A stretch of DNA of 64,000 nucleotides from Ophelia neglecta (Eukaryota), in the NCBI GenBank assembly GCA_965285935.1, contig OZ260666.1:14632001-14696000 (forward strand). The letters are read 5' to 3'. Below, piece by piece: positions 13,201 through 24,837 of this stretch; positions within the stretch are counted from its first letter, which is position 1; each line of letters begins with the position of its first letter. Below the pieces are notes generated by a model, which saw only the letters and a list, made by a program, of their open reading frames with translations, had not been told where the DNA came from and searched no databases. The translations under genes were made by a program, and so were the position numbers.

Positions 13201-13928
13201 GTCAGACAGATGTAATCACTGTGCTATGTGAAAATGGCGCTGATCTCCGAATCATGGATAAAACTGGAGAAACTGCATTACACTACCCCTCCATTAAAGG
13301 AAATGTCAAGCTTATCAGCTTACTTTTGAGCAGAGGAGCTGATTTGCAAATATTGAATAAGCATGGACAAACACCACTGGGTTCTGCCTCAGAAGAGGGT
13401 CAGTTGTTAGCTGTAAAGTATCTCATTGATAAAGGTGCCGATATCAACAGGCCAGGCTGCAGTGGCAAACCCCCATTACACTGTGCCGCCAGGAACGGGC
13501 ATATAGCAGTCATACACTATCTTTTAGATAACGGCTGTGATATACACGCTTTAGATGACCTAAGTCAAGCCCCGCTTGGAGCCGCAGCTGGCAAAGGTTT
13601 AGTCGAAATAATGCGAAGTCTCATTGGTAAAGGAGCAAGTGTAAACCACCCTGGAATGTCTGGTCAACCTCCATTACACTGCGCAGCCGCGAAAGGACAA
13701 CTAGGGGCGATACACCTTCTCATAGAAAAAGGCGCAGATGTCCACATGAAAAATAAATTTGGCCAAACGGCAGTGGAAGTTGCTGCCAGTAAAGGTTTTA
13801 TTCCATGCGTGGAAGGTCTCATTGACAAAGGGGCTGCTGTTCCCCAGCCGGAAGTTGCTAGCCAGACAGACATACTAACCACTGTTGTGTTATTGGGGGA
13901 TTGTACTGCTGTTTGGAAGAATCATTAG
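10281..13928 (+). CDS. Gene A1: type I TM receptor, signal peptide - 2 Ig-like domains - TM - 9 ankyrin repeats, ~690 aa
   Basis: Exons 10281..10347 (MMARMHLTYALVHLHLLVTLIK), 11064..11402 (V-like, ITLSDEGSY), 11609..11932, 12110..12372 (TM VLVLGGFVCLFLVIALTAGALV), 12711..12815 (phase 0/0, possibly a cassette exon) and 12954..13928 (9 ANK). Phases are 1,1,1,0,0; 2073 nt; no internal stop. Confidence 0.85.
10335..10528. repeat. Local tandem duplication (~95-bp unit, 99-bp period) including the signal-peptide exon donor
   Basis: ACATTGATCAAAGGTTAGTT...TCCTCGTCG occurs at 10335-10429 and 10434-10528. There is a single unit at ~49918-50010 in copy 2. Confidence 0.9.
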
Positions 13929-16900
13929 AAGGAAAGGATGTCATATTATGATAATTGTGTGAACATCTAACTGAAATGCCTATCCAGGAGAGGACCAATT
14001 CCAGGAGGGGACCACTTGAGACTCAAACAACCATCCTATGAAAATAAAGGAATCAATGTGATATGTTTGTGAGGGCTTCAGTATACAATTTTTGGTTCCC
14101 TAACCAAATCGGGGGAAGTTTGTTTAGTCAAAAAAAAACTAGTACGTTTGTGGAGCCAGTCGCTAAACGGTTTGCACCGCATTCAATCCCCACTGGCTGA
14201 TGTAAAATCCTTACCACGCCTGTGACCACCAAATGCGAATACTTGATTAAATCTTCTAAATTGACAGACAAATATTAGTGTATTAACCTAAAATGTTAAG
14301 CCTCATGTTGAAGGCAGTTACCAGAAACACGATTTGAGCATATTTCCTATATTGTCCAATAAGTACTCAGACCGCAGGCCGGGGGAATATTATATGAGGA
14401 CAAAAGTAAACTGTAGAGGCTATACAGGCTTTTTTACCCTAGTAAGACGACCATTTTTGACAACGATTTTGTGTGCTCTGTATGCTGGATATCCGCTACT
14501 GTCTGTTCTTAATATTTTAACAACTTTTTTGAAATGGGAATCGATTAGGACTAATCAGGCCAACGACGATGATTCTTCCTTTTATTACTTCAGACCGACG
14601 AACAGTTATGCCAATGTATAACTTTGAAAGGCAGCAGGATGTTGTCTTGTAATAATCGGATCAAGTTATCTAAAATAAAACCTATTTAGTCACGTACCTT
14701 ACTGTTTCCTTTTTTCACATCGACATTATTCAATAATCAATTGTAGCATTATATAAACAGTACTAATTCGTTGTATATATTTTGATCAAGTACAAGCTAT
14801 GGCGCATAGATAATATGGCCTGCTTAATACAACAATGAAGAGAAGCATAATAATATATGTGTTCTTTATCTTGTGCAGCAGTTCATGTCAAATGGTATGA
14901 AGAAGTAAATGGCTGGCCTCATGTAGGATATGGCACTATGGCATTGATATTAGTTTAACCAAATATGCACACATACATGGACACAATTGTACAAACCAAG
15001 CGGATTAAAAAACCCCGAAAACTACGTAAACTTACAACGCGAATTAAACCCGCATTGTGCCATCTGCATTTTAGTATCAATTAAAAAAAATCTGTAATAG
15101 TTTAATGTCTGTAAGTTGTGTTGATTGAGTAGTAACATTTACCACCAAAAGCAAACTGCTATCAACATCATATCGTGCCTAGTACAAAGCATACATTACA
15201 TAGTTGTTTCCATGGCCATCATCTAAATTGACAAAAAAATTATACAATTCTGCATATAGCAGAACACATATATTTAGTTTTCATTCATATTTATTCACGA
15301 ATGGGTTATTCAATGGTTATATGTTATGGGTGATACAAGATCATTGCTTAAGTTCAAGGAAAAATAAACTTTTGTCACGAATCTTACCAGTTTAGATATT
15401 GTTGTCTTCAAATGGTATGCGTAATCACGATTGTACTGCCAACAACTCGCGCACTGTAACGACATTACAGAGCACAAAAGGTTTTCTTGAACGTAATTAT
15501 GTCATATAAAAAGTAAAATCATTCAATTAAGTTAGGTGGTATTGCCGCTTAGGTGGTATAAGAGCAAGTGGCAGGCGTTGGAAAATTACACAATATTTCT
15601 TACTAATATCCCTGAGCAGTAAAGATACCCAACCATCATTGGCGGTGAATAACATACCTACACACACTGGGACAACACTACCAAAGTGGACTGGTCGCAT
15701 AAGAGTGCTTTCTATGTATAAATATACCCAACAGTCAAAGGAATGTAATATGACATGTATACGACACTGTTACATTATTACTTTACCAATGTGGATTTTT
15801 CGGATGAGTCTATTTTCTTAAACTGAGAGCAGTGCTTTCAATACATATGCCAGATACGTCTGGGAATGTGGCCCATAGTCTTCATGGCATCATTCTGCCA
15901 CATATAAACTATTGTTTTGTCAAGCCATAGTAGCACCCGTCAGATTCTTTATCAGAACACGGTGGAGCAATCATTTCATCAAAAAATTAAACCGCTCTCA
16001 CTTATACATGTAATCCGATATTTGAGGTTTGTCTCCTTGACTTATTTGTTGCTGCCAGGAATAAGGCGTATATTTTCTCTTCAACGGAGGATATGCTATA
16101 AACCTCTAATTATTAAAATGTAGTAATATTGTAATATGAAAAAAAATAATTATGATAAATTAATAATTCCGTTAAGCAACGAAAAGTGAAAAGTAATTAA
16201 GAAGCTACGTGTTCGAGAAAGTGCCTAGCATTAACTGACAAATCAGTCCTCAAATCGGAAATTGTGTTTTTTGGATAAAATGCCACGTCGTATGAAATAG
16301 TAAAAGCGATTATGAGACCTACTGTGCCTGTAAATGCATCTTGTAAATAGATATATGCAATGCTCAGAAACATATTTTGTGCGTTTAAAACGGACATCAG
16401 CATTTTAACAAACTTCATGTACGAGTCGGAAGAAATATCCTACTGTAAATAATGTCGAATATACTGGTGTGTTCTTTTGTTTCACTTCCCCTTGTTTAGA
16501 ACTCCGTATATCGTATATCCTTGTAATTTATATACAACAACGTACAAGGATGTCCAAATCACATATCCAAAGTATGCTGCTAGTGTTAAATATCCACAAT
16601 CAAATATTTCGAGCCGTCTCCCCTAAAGTTGAGCAGTTTCCAAAAGAAAACAAGCAGTGACGTAGGTATATTATAAAATAATAGTGCTGAATGTGGAGAA
16701 TGGCTATTAACATACTACTTACATACAGGGCAAACAGTACCCAAATGCGCTGCCCTGCGACATAACAATACAATTACCCTTTTACGATCAATAAGACCAA
16801 CCGCTCACTGTGCACTCAGTAATAAATCTAAACAATCAGCGCCGTGCTTAATACGGGTTATACCCAGTCCCCATACCATCACGTTTTACTATAAATGAAC

Positions 16901-18628
16901 AACATCTACCAGACTAATACATACCACCCAAGAGTCAAGTAGCTTGCTCGGTATCATCCCGATTCATTAGCTACAGACAGTGAATGAAAAACGTTGCATC
17001 AAGGTGTAATTTATTTTATTTTATTAAGGCTTGAAAAATACAAAAGTATCAGTGGGAAAATACTGAGAATATGAAGCGCTAATTATATCAGTCAAGTAAA
17101 ATACATAATATACAGTTACAGTCATACAAGCAAACAGACATGTACCGGTAGATAATTGCAAAAATACGCAAAAAGTGATAAACAAAAACGCTGAAATGAA
17201 TGAATTGAATTACTCAAGATAACAATAATAATCTGTTTAATTTATTTGATAACTGTTCGAATGGTCTCGAAAAATCATGTGGCAACGCCAAGTCAAGCTA
17301 CACCATCCCACTGTTGCTTAATCGCATTTTTTACAAGCGAGGGCGAAAGATTGTAAGAACATGTAAAATATATGAAGTCGTACAGTAATCATTGAATATA
17401 AGATACGTGTCAATTCTACGAGCTTTACTTGGACTACATGAACGCAGATAATCAGATGATATATGTCATGCAAAATAGTAAATACTTTAAAAGAAAGAAA
17501 AATGGAATGGATGAAATAAGATAGGATTATAAGCATATATACTCCATGCATTCATTCATTAATATCAATAACCAGCTAAAATAAGCACGTGGTGCTATTA
17601 CCTTAGCAACGCAGCATAAGCCAGTTTAAACTAAAAGGGAACTACATTTTTTAGTCTGAATATGCAGTGATTCAAAATTTCGGATTCATTTGTTTGTAAA
17701 ATTAAATTAAAACAACTATCATGTATTAATTTTTTTTGATTATAAAAAGTTAAAATTAAATAAGCATGTATACTCTACGTTAATATTGATACAATAATAC
17801 CGATAATTAACTAAAATATGCATAGAAATTGAATGTTCTGAAATTACTTTTACTAGTTACCTATCAAAATAGACCGCTTACGCTTCAACGGTAATTACAA
17901 ATTCATTGGTTGGTAATTGTTATGACGCATTTTGGGTTGTAATGTCGAAAGTCGTTAGCAACTATGTATGAACTAAAACGCGAATATAAAATAGGGAGTG
18001 GATCATTTGCGAAATTTAGTAAATTCAAAGCTAAAAGGTTCTTGAGCATAACTTAACTAACACATTACGTAACATAGGCGGAGAACAGTTGTATATATGT
18101 ATATAAGTAAAAACTTCAAATACCCATACTTAAGCATAGCGCGCACATAATGACATACTTAGCCTTCCTAGTACTTCCTACAGACTGGGATGAAATCCAG
18201 TTGCAATTCGAAAGGTATTGCAAGCAGGAAAGTAGCGACAATGTAATGCTGTAATATTACCGAGTCGTTGTATAATATACGGAAGCCAAAGATATAAGCT
18301 AAGGAGGCAACTTAGTATCGGATACTTTGAACATGAATTGCAGATTAACCATATCCTAACCTTACGCTCAGTGCATGCCACAGCGGCAAAAAAACCGCAG
18401 CTTGCACATTGCCAAATACAGCTATATCACCATACCAAGGTAAATTACCTTACTCCACTTCCACCAAGCTTCTAAGCACAGTTTCATGCATGCTTTGGTA
18501 ATTGTGTTTTGACTCAGCAAACTAAGTTGTTAAATTGATGTGCTTTACGTGGAATTTAAGCCAATGCACAGGCGAAACAGTCTTTTATCTTTCGAGAAGT
18601 GATACCCGGTCGAAAGTTCAACCACTGT

Positions 18629-21600
18629 TTAAGCCAAGGTAAATATGGTTTCATTTTTTTCGGTTATTGAAGAATTCGTAGATCCTTCATCGCTGACATC
18701 GGGTGAACCTAAGTTAAATATTTGTAAACAATGCTAAAAGTTCAAAAATATATTACATTGCTTTCCTAATATAGTACTTATCTTTGAAATATACATTTTT
18801 CGTGGATTTATGTGCCAAAATATCTAATGTATCTAATGAAGAATCGTGTGCCTCTTTAACCAGTTGGTCGTCCGGGTTATATCCGGTCTGATCAATATAC
18901 ACTAAACAATAATGTTTTGACAATAATATATGGATATACTTACAAATTATTTCAGGCAAAGCTGCTGTGCTGTTTGACACGTCACTCCTGACTCCAAACT
19001 CGTCTGCCAGAGACACCAGACACATCAGCGACTCGGTACAATCAATCACAGTGTCATCAATGTGTACGCTTGTTCCGTTTGTCTCTTGTGACTGCTCTCG
19101 GGTCTTGGAACCATTGGTGATGATCATCAGCGTAAGTTGTAATGGACTAGGCAGCTCCGAAACGCTACAATTAATCTTGTACGTTGTAGTTGGGTACACT
19201 GCTTGTACTTCAATAACATGTATATCAATCTTCGGCTTAGGAATATCTAAAATAAAAAGGCAATAATTATTGTTTCACTAAAAATGATAGGTTATTGTCA
19301 TACAAGGACAACAACTTGATTACAACAGAGTATGGCAGACTGATTCTGTATAGTTTATCATTGTTGAATGATCGGGCTGAAAAAGAATTGTAGTTATACC
19401 TACATGGTATTTCATTTGCTCAGAAAAAACACCTACTAATGAATACGTAACATGGGTAATCAGTATTTACCTTCTGGGGACATAAAGAATGCTTTACTTT
19501 GCCCAGACGAATACGGGGAATCAACTTCTGTGCCTTGACAGGAATAATGGTTATTGCCAGCTTCTTGCCAATATTCAAGTGGCGCGGGCAAATAGTACTA
19601 CTTACTCTCAGCCTCCACTTTCACATTGTTTCGGTACCACGAATACTGCATCCGAGGTCGCGCATTTTGTGGCTCGGATGTTGATATAACGTCACATCTC
19701 ATCTTGAAGCCTACTTGTGTTACCTTGGCTCGCTGAGGTTTCCCTAAAAAAAACAGAAAATATATGGCGGTAAATAAAATTAATCTTGTAGTCGGAAACC
19801 ACCTGCTTTAGGTTTAGTTTGAATATACAATGGATCAATGAAACAACTTTGTTTAGCAATTTTCGTTCATAAAATACAGCAATAAGCCAATTTGACAATT
19901 TACGTTTTAATATGGTAACGGATAACCAACTTTTATCAGTCACTAGCATCACAAATAATAATGAAATAATGTTTATAATAATAATAATATATCAATTTGT
20001 CACAGTATCAATTGATATATCCTACCCCATATGAACACGGTGCCGAGGGTCATAATCTGTCCTGCCTGTTTACATGCGTACTCCCCTGCGTCTTCCATGG
20101 TGACATTGAGCAAGGTGAAGCCAAAAATGGCGGCATCTTTATCAATAAACAATCTAAATATCTTCTTCGTTTCATTTCCGGGGTCGTCAATTGCAGAATT
20201 GTGCGTCGAGAAGTGAAGCAGATGGAACATTGTATGGTTAATATTGTCCTCACATTTCAACGGACGATTGGCGTCCGCGTCGAGGAAATCCCACATCAGG
20301 GTGGCATTGTCCCCGATCTTACTGCGACTGAAGTGGCTTTCTTAAAACAAACGAGTACGAAAATATCAGTATATTCTTGGAAAAACTTCAAAACTCGCAT
20401 TAGGCCAGCATGGAAAGACTAAACATTTGCTAATTATTTAAGCGAGCAAACCTAACAGGAAGTTGTTCATACTAAAAAGAAGTAGAGGACATTCGCATGA
20501 CCCTCTGACCGTCATAAATCACGACGATGATATTTTCAATTACCGAGCTTTAACCACATTAAAGGTCTTTTCCTCCAATTGGTATAGAAACTTACCCTTG
20601 ACCTCCACCAAGTAGGTAAAGTTACGCTCGTCTTGGCTGCACATGTAGCTCCCCGCATCTTGTTTTGTAACGTTCAACAAAACCATTGTAAACGAATCAT
20701 TGATTGGAACAACACTGTACCTCTCATCCATATCTACGGTGCCATAGTCAACGCGTGATTGGGAAACGTTGAAGATATTTTCGCCGATGTTATTGAAACA
20801 CACGCTGGTACGGCTTGGATCAGTAGAATCAATTTCCCAATGGATTGAAGCATTTCTGCCAACATATGCCACTAATATGTCAAAATCTGGTTTTTCTGAA
20901 AGGTCAATAAGATTAAATAATCAGAGTTTCGATATACATTTTAATCAAGCCATGCGCTACTGCATTTTACAATAAGATCAAATGTGCGCTTAAGGAGTAG
21001 CATAATAATCGACGTGAAACGACATGTAATATGCTCTACACATTTGTTTAAATTCCAGAAGCACGCTTTATATGACATTTCTTTTGAAAACATTATGTGT
21101 TTATATGTTCATTATAACATTAGGGGTAATTTCATTCGAGCTATTAAATTATTCAAGTTATGCTGCTATGACAAGAATTTCATTTGTTTGATAATTTGTT
21201 GCCAAGAAAGATGGCGGCCGGCGGATCTACAGCTTTGGCACTATTATCGGCTTTACACTAGAAATGATGATAAATTGAAAATGGGAAACGGCGAGATCCG
21301 TCCACATTGTGTGCACATGGGGACTTGTGTCAACTAGACCATCGTACATTTCACTCGATAAAACATTGTTGTTGTTAGAAGGCGAACTTATTATTTGAAA
21401 TTACTGTCAGGATGCCCACAGAAAAAAAGCTGACTAAATTAACAATATTAATAAACTGTCGGTTCGCTGAATTCTTCAGCCGTGAATATTTACACAAACA
21501 CGATAGTAATTATAATTAATGTGGTTTAATTCTGCTACTTTATTAAACTTATCAGCCAGACTTTCAACTTGACTCCGTTAGATCAGTTTGCTCCTCCCCC

Positions 21601-24600
21601 ACGTGCCGTTATTGCATTGTCTGAGGCACCCAATTTTTAATTTTTAAAGGATAGAAATTGCAATCTGTTAAGGAGCTATTATGTACTATTTATATCTTTC
21701 TATTTAATCTGCTAGCATCACAATTAATGCCCAGCGAGGTGAACACAGCGAATCGCCCGAGCCAATTGAGCGCATACGTGTAATAAGGGTAACGGCATGA
21801 AATGCATGCACTTTAAAAGTTAGAATTGTTCAAGTATTAAAGTGTTTTTTAACCTTACCTGTTACTTGACTGGAGAAGATTGTACTGTAACTGGCTGTTG
21901 TTAAAGGCTTTGCTGTGGTCATCGGATGTTTCCCTTTGGAATGAAACACACGTATTAGTGGCCGGAAGCACATCACGTTTAACCATTATAGTAGAGTAGT
22001 AAAGTATTGGACACTACTCTATTATTTGCTATTACAAAGACACCTAACATCTTTTATATTTCCAAGCATCTTGACTTGTTCCTTAGATTGCAGCAGCAAA
22101 CTTTAGCTTGCCAATTTTTGAGACATCGTTTTCAATATTTTGCCGACTAACTTCAGCTGCTCTTATGGACATTCTTTCTATGTCGCTTAAAATTGAAAAA
22201 AAAAAACATTGAGCGAAATGCGAAAGAGGGCTACGAACGGACGGGCCCTTTTATTCTAAACTCAATTCCTAACAAAAAGACGCATGAAAAATAATGGGTT
22301 TGAACGCCAACATTTCTCAGCCATGTTTCTCTGTTGATGTGCAAGGGCAATTTTCTGATAATGGTCGGACTAAATTTAACTTCGACTATTTATAAGCCCA
22401 AATAGAAATAATTGCATGAAACAATTATACACGGAATTATACTACTAAATAAAATAATCTCTGGTAATCTCTCTGACAACCAAAAAGGGAATAAAGTCAA
22501 TTTGATATACCGTATAAAGCAAAATAGCCATTAGGAGCATGCTGCAAATGGCAAATAGATAAAGTAAACATGTAACGTATTTTTAAACTTACAACTTAAC
22601 ACCCGAAATTCACGTAGTATCCAGGTCAATACTACCACAACTACCACCCCGACGAGCGCTGCCGTAGCGATGTATCTCAGTAATGTCCCGTTGACCCGAC
22701 AACCTCTCTTTCCACCTATGATTAGCTTTTCGTATTGGTTTGATGTCCCTTGCGCGTTTAATTCAATGCCTTCAATGCGATCGATAGGGGCTTCTTCCAA
22801 AGTTTCCAAACACACGATGTCAACGTCCATGTCTGCATCCTCGATACAGGAATAGATGTGCTCGTCCGCCGAGCTACGGCTGCCGCCATTTGTTGCCCGT
22901 ATGTTAGATTTCTCTCCACGACGGGTGGTCTTGGCTGAGAGGGGCTTTTGTGGTATTTCTGTATATGGATTTCTGTTTGCCCCGCTTTTCCTATGAGGCT
23001 TACCGGGAGATGGTTCAATTCTATTCCCGCGATCGGGAGCATGTAAATGGGGTTTAGGTGCATGCTCAGAATCTGTTGGAGCCAAATCAGCTATCTGGTG
23101 TACTAATGATTCCCTCATATCCATTCGATCAGAGACATGAGAGGGTGAACTCTTTTGAACGGAATTTTTATGGCCATTATTTTTGGATTTTCCCTGGCTT
23201 CCTAAGTGAATTTTGACATCTCTCGGGGATGAATCCCTGGATTTGAAATATTCTTCCTTTTTACCTAAATTTGAACAGTGTGGTTTGGGAGGAACGGCTG
23301 ATTCGATGGAAGCCGAATGTGTAGAAATTGCCCAGGGGCGAGTGTCCACGGTTGTAACGTCTCTTTCCGATCCAACTGCGGTACTTTCAAATATCTGGCT
23401 AGTCTTTTTGGGTTCCTTCAGGTCCTGTAATTCGCGGTATGTAGTGGGTGTTTCTAGGATTGATTCCTTTGGGGTAGCCGTTACTTTCCTTTCTGCAATG
23501 GGGGAATTTTCTTGACGCTGACTTGGTACAAAAGTCATCTGAGAGCGAGGCACCTTTGGGAAGTGGAAATAATCCGATCTGTCATCGAGGGCGTCATCAT
23601 TGGCTTTAATGTTACCTGTAGCCCACTCGTCCGTCGTCAGACTGGCCGTGTCGGAGGACCCAGTTGAAGAACCATCCTTCACAGTAGCTATTTCATTGTT
23701 ATGGCTGTATTGGTCCTTTTCAAGCTTTACCCCGGTGTCCTCATGATGGTGATCATTGATTGGAGGAGTATCTCTGGCTTTGAGATAATTCTTGTCCAAA
23801 TCTGAAGACTTTGGCCTGGGACAGCCGGTTGATTCGGGTGGTTTGATGGCGACATGTGCATTAGTTGAATGTTCACCATTGTCATTCACCAAAATCCTCT
23901 CACTACGAGGCACGTCGTTGAAATGAAAATAATCCTTTCGAGTGTCCAAAGCCGTACGTCCTTCTCCAGCGCTGCCAGAACTTTTCAGAACCTTTCTTGT
24001 TGGAATAGAACCCTTGAGACCTTGACCTTTTCCACTGATCGTGTGTTTTTCTATGATGGGTTCATTTTTTTTAGCACCACTGCCTGCTTGTTTATTCCTA
24101 ATTTCAATATTAGGCTTTTCTGTACCTGGCGCTTGTACCAGAGTCATCTGACTGCGGGGTACATGAGGGAAATGGAAATAATCAGACCTTTCATCTGGGA
24201 AGCCATCCTCGGGTCCAATGTTAGCCGCAGCGCCGCGGTCCGTCGTCAAGCTGCCCGTGTCTGAAGACCCAGTTGAGGAGCTATTGTCCACATCGGCTAT
24301 TACCAGGTTAGGGACGCTATATTCATAATTCGCCCCGGTGTTCTGTTGATGGTTAGAATTGCATCGTGGAGCTTCAAGGGATTTCCGAAGTTCGTCATGG
24401 TTGCCTATATCTGACGCCTGTCGCTCTGGAGAATTGGTTAAACCAGGAGTTGAGAGGACGGCAGGAGTCGGAGTTTCATCATTGACCATAATCATCTCGC
24501 TTCGAGGTACTTCCTTGAAGTGAAAATAGTCCTTACGAGTGTCCTCCATAGTTGCAAGTCCTTGGTTTGATATGTCCTCCGTTTCATCACCGATAGCCGC

Positions 24601-24837
24601 CATCCAGTCGTCTGTCGTCAGGCTAGCTGAGTCCGAGGACCCTGTGGTGGAGCCATCGACCCTGTCAATTTCATCCCCAGCGTTGCTATATCCTGTATTA
24701 ATTCGTAGATGATCCTGGCATTGTACGCTAGGCTCGGCTCCTGTTTGTTTTGGACTGGTTTCAAGGTCGTCGGTTTGGTGATTAGGACTCGAGTGGTCAC
24801 CTTTGCATGGCGACGCAGACTTTTCCAACGCATCCAT
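18629..24837 (-). CDS. Gene D1: putative type II TM protein with a ~720-aa repetitive tail and 4 Ig domains; in-frame TAG in Ig3 (truncated or null allele)
   Basis: Exons complement(24837..22593, 21933..21859, 20895..20596, 20340..20026, 19743..19471, 19246..18944, 18708..18629), all phase 1, 3591 nt. TM YIATAALVGVVVVVVLTWIL. Many N-x-S/T sequons C-terminal to the TM. TAG at 19600-19598. The terminal exon is the least certain. Confidence 0.78.
23530..24660 (-). repeat. Coding repeats in the D tail: 4x DxRxDYFHFxxVPRS and 3x STGSSDxxSLTTD
   Basis: Read directly from the translation. Higher-order period of about 200 aa (~600 nt). Confidence 0.9.

Larger units (their letters stand above)
1..24308. 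repeat. Copy 1 of a large direct duplication (copy 2 = 38391-64000)
   Basis: Position 1 aligns to 38391 and 24308 aligns to 64000. The offset drifts from 38390 to 39692 because of indels. Same gene order and orientation. Confidence 0.97.

Noticed and set aside
12954-13928. Naming the ankyrin ORFs as Notch, IkB/cactus, ankyrin-1 or an endosymbiont ANK gene
   Set aside because: No EGF/LNR, RAM, IkB degron, ZU5 or death domain. The ORFs start at splice acceptors in phase with upstream TM exons, so they are exons of host receptor genes.
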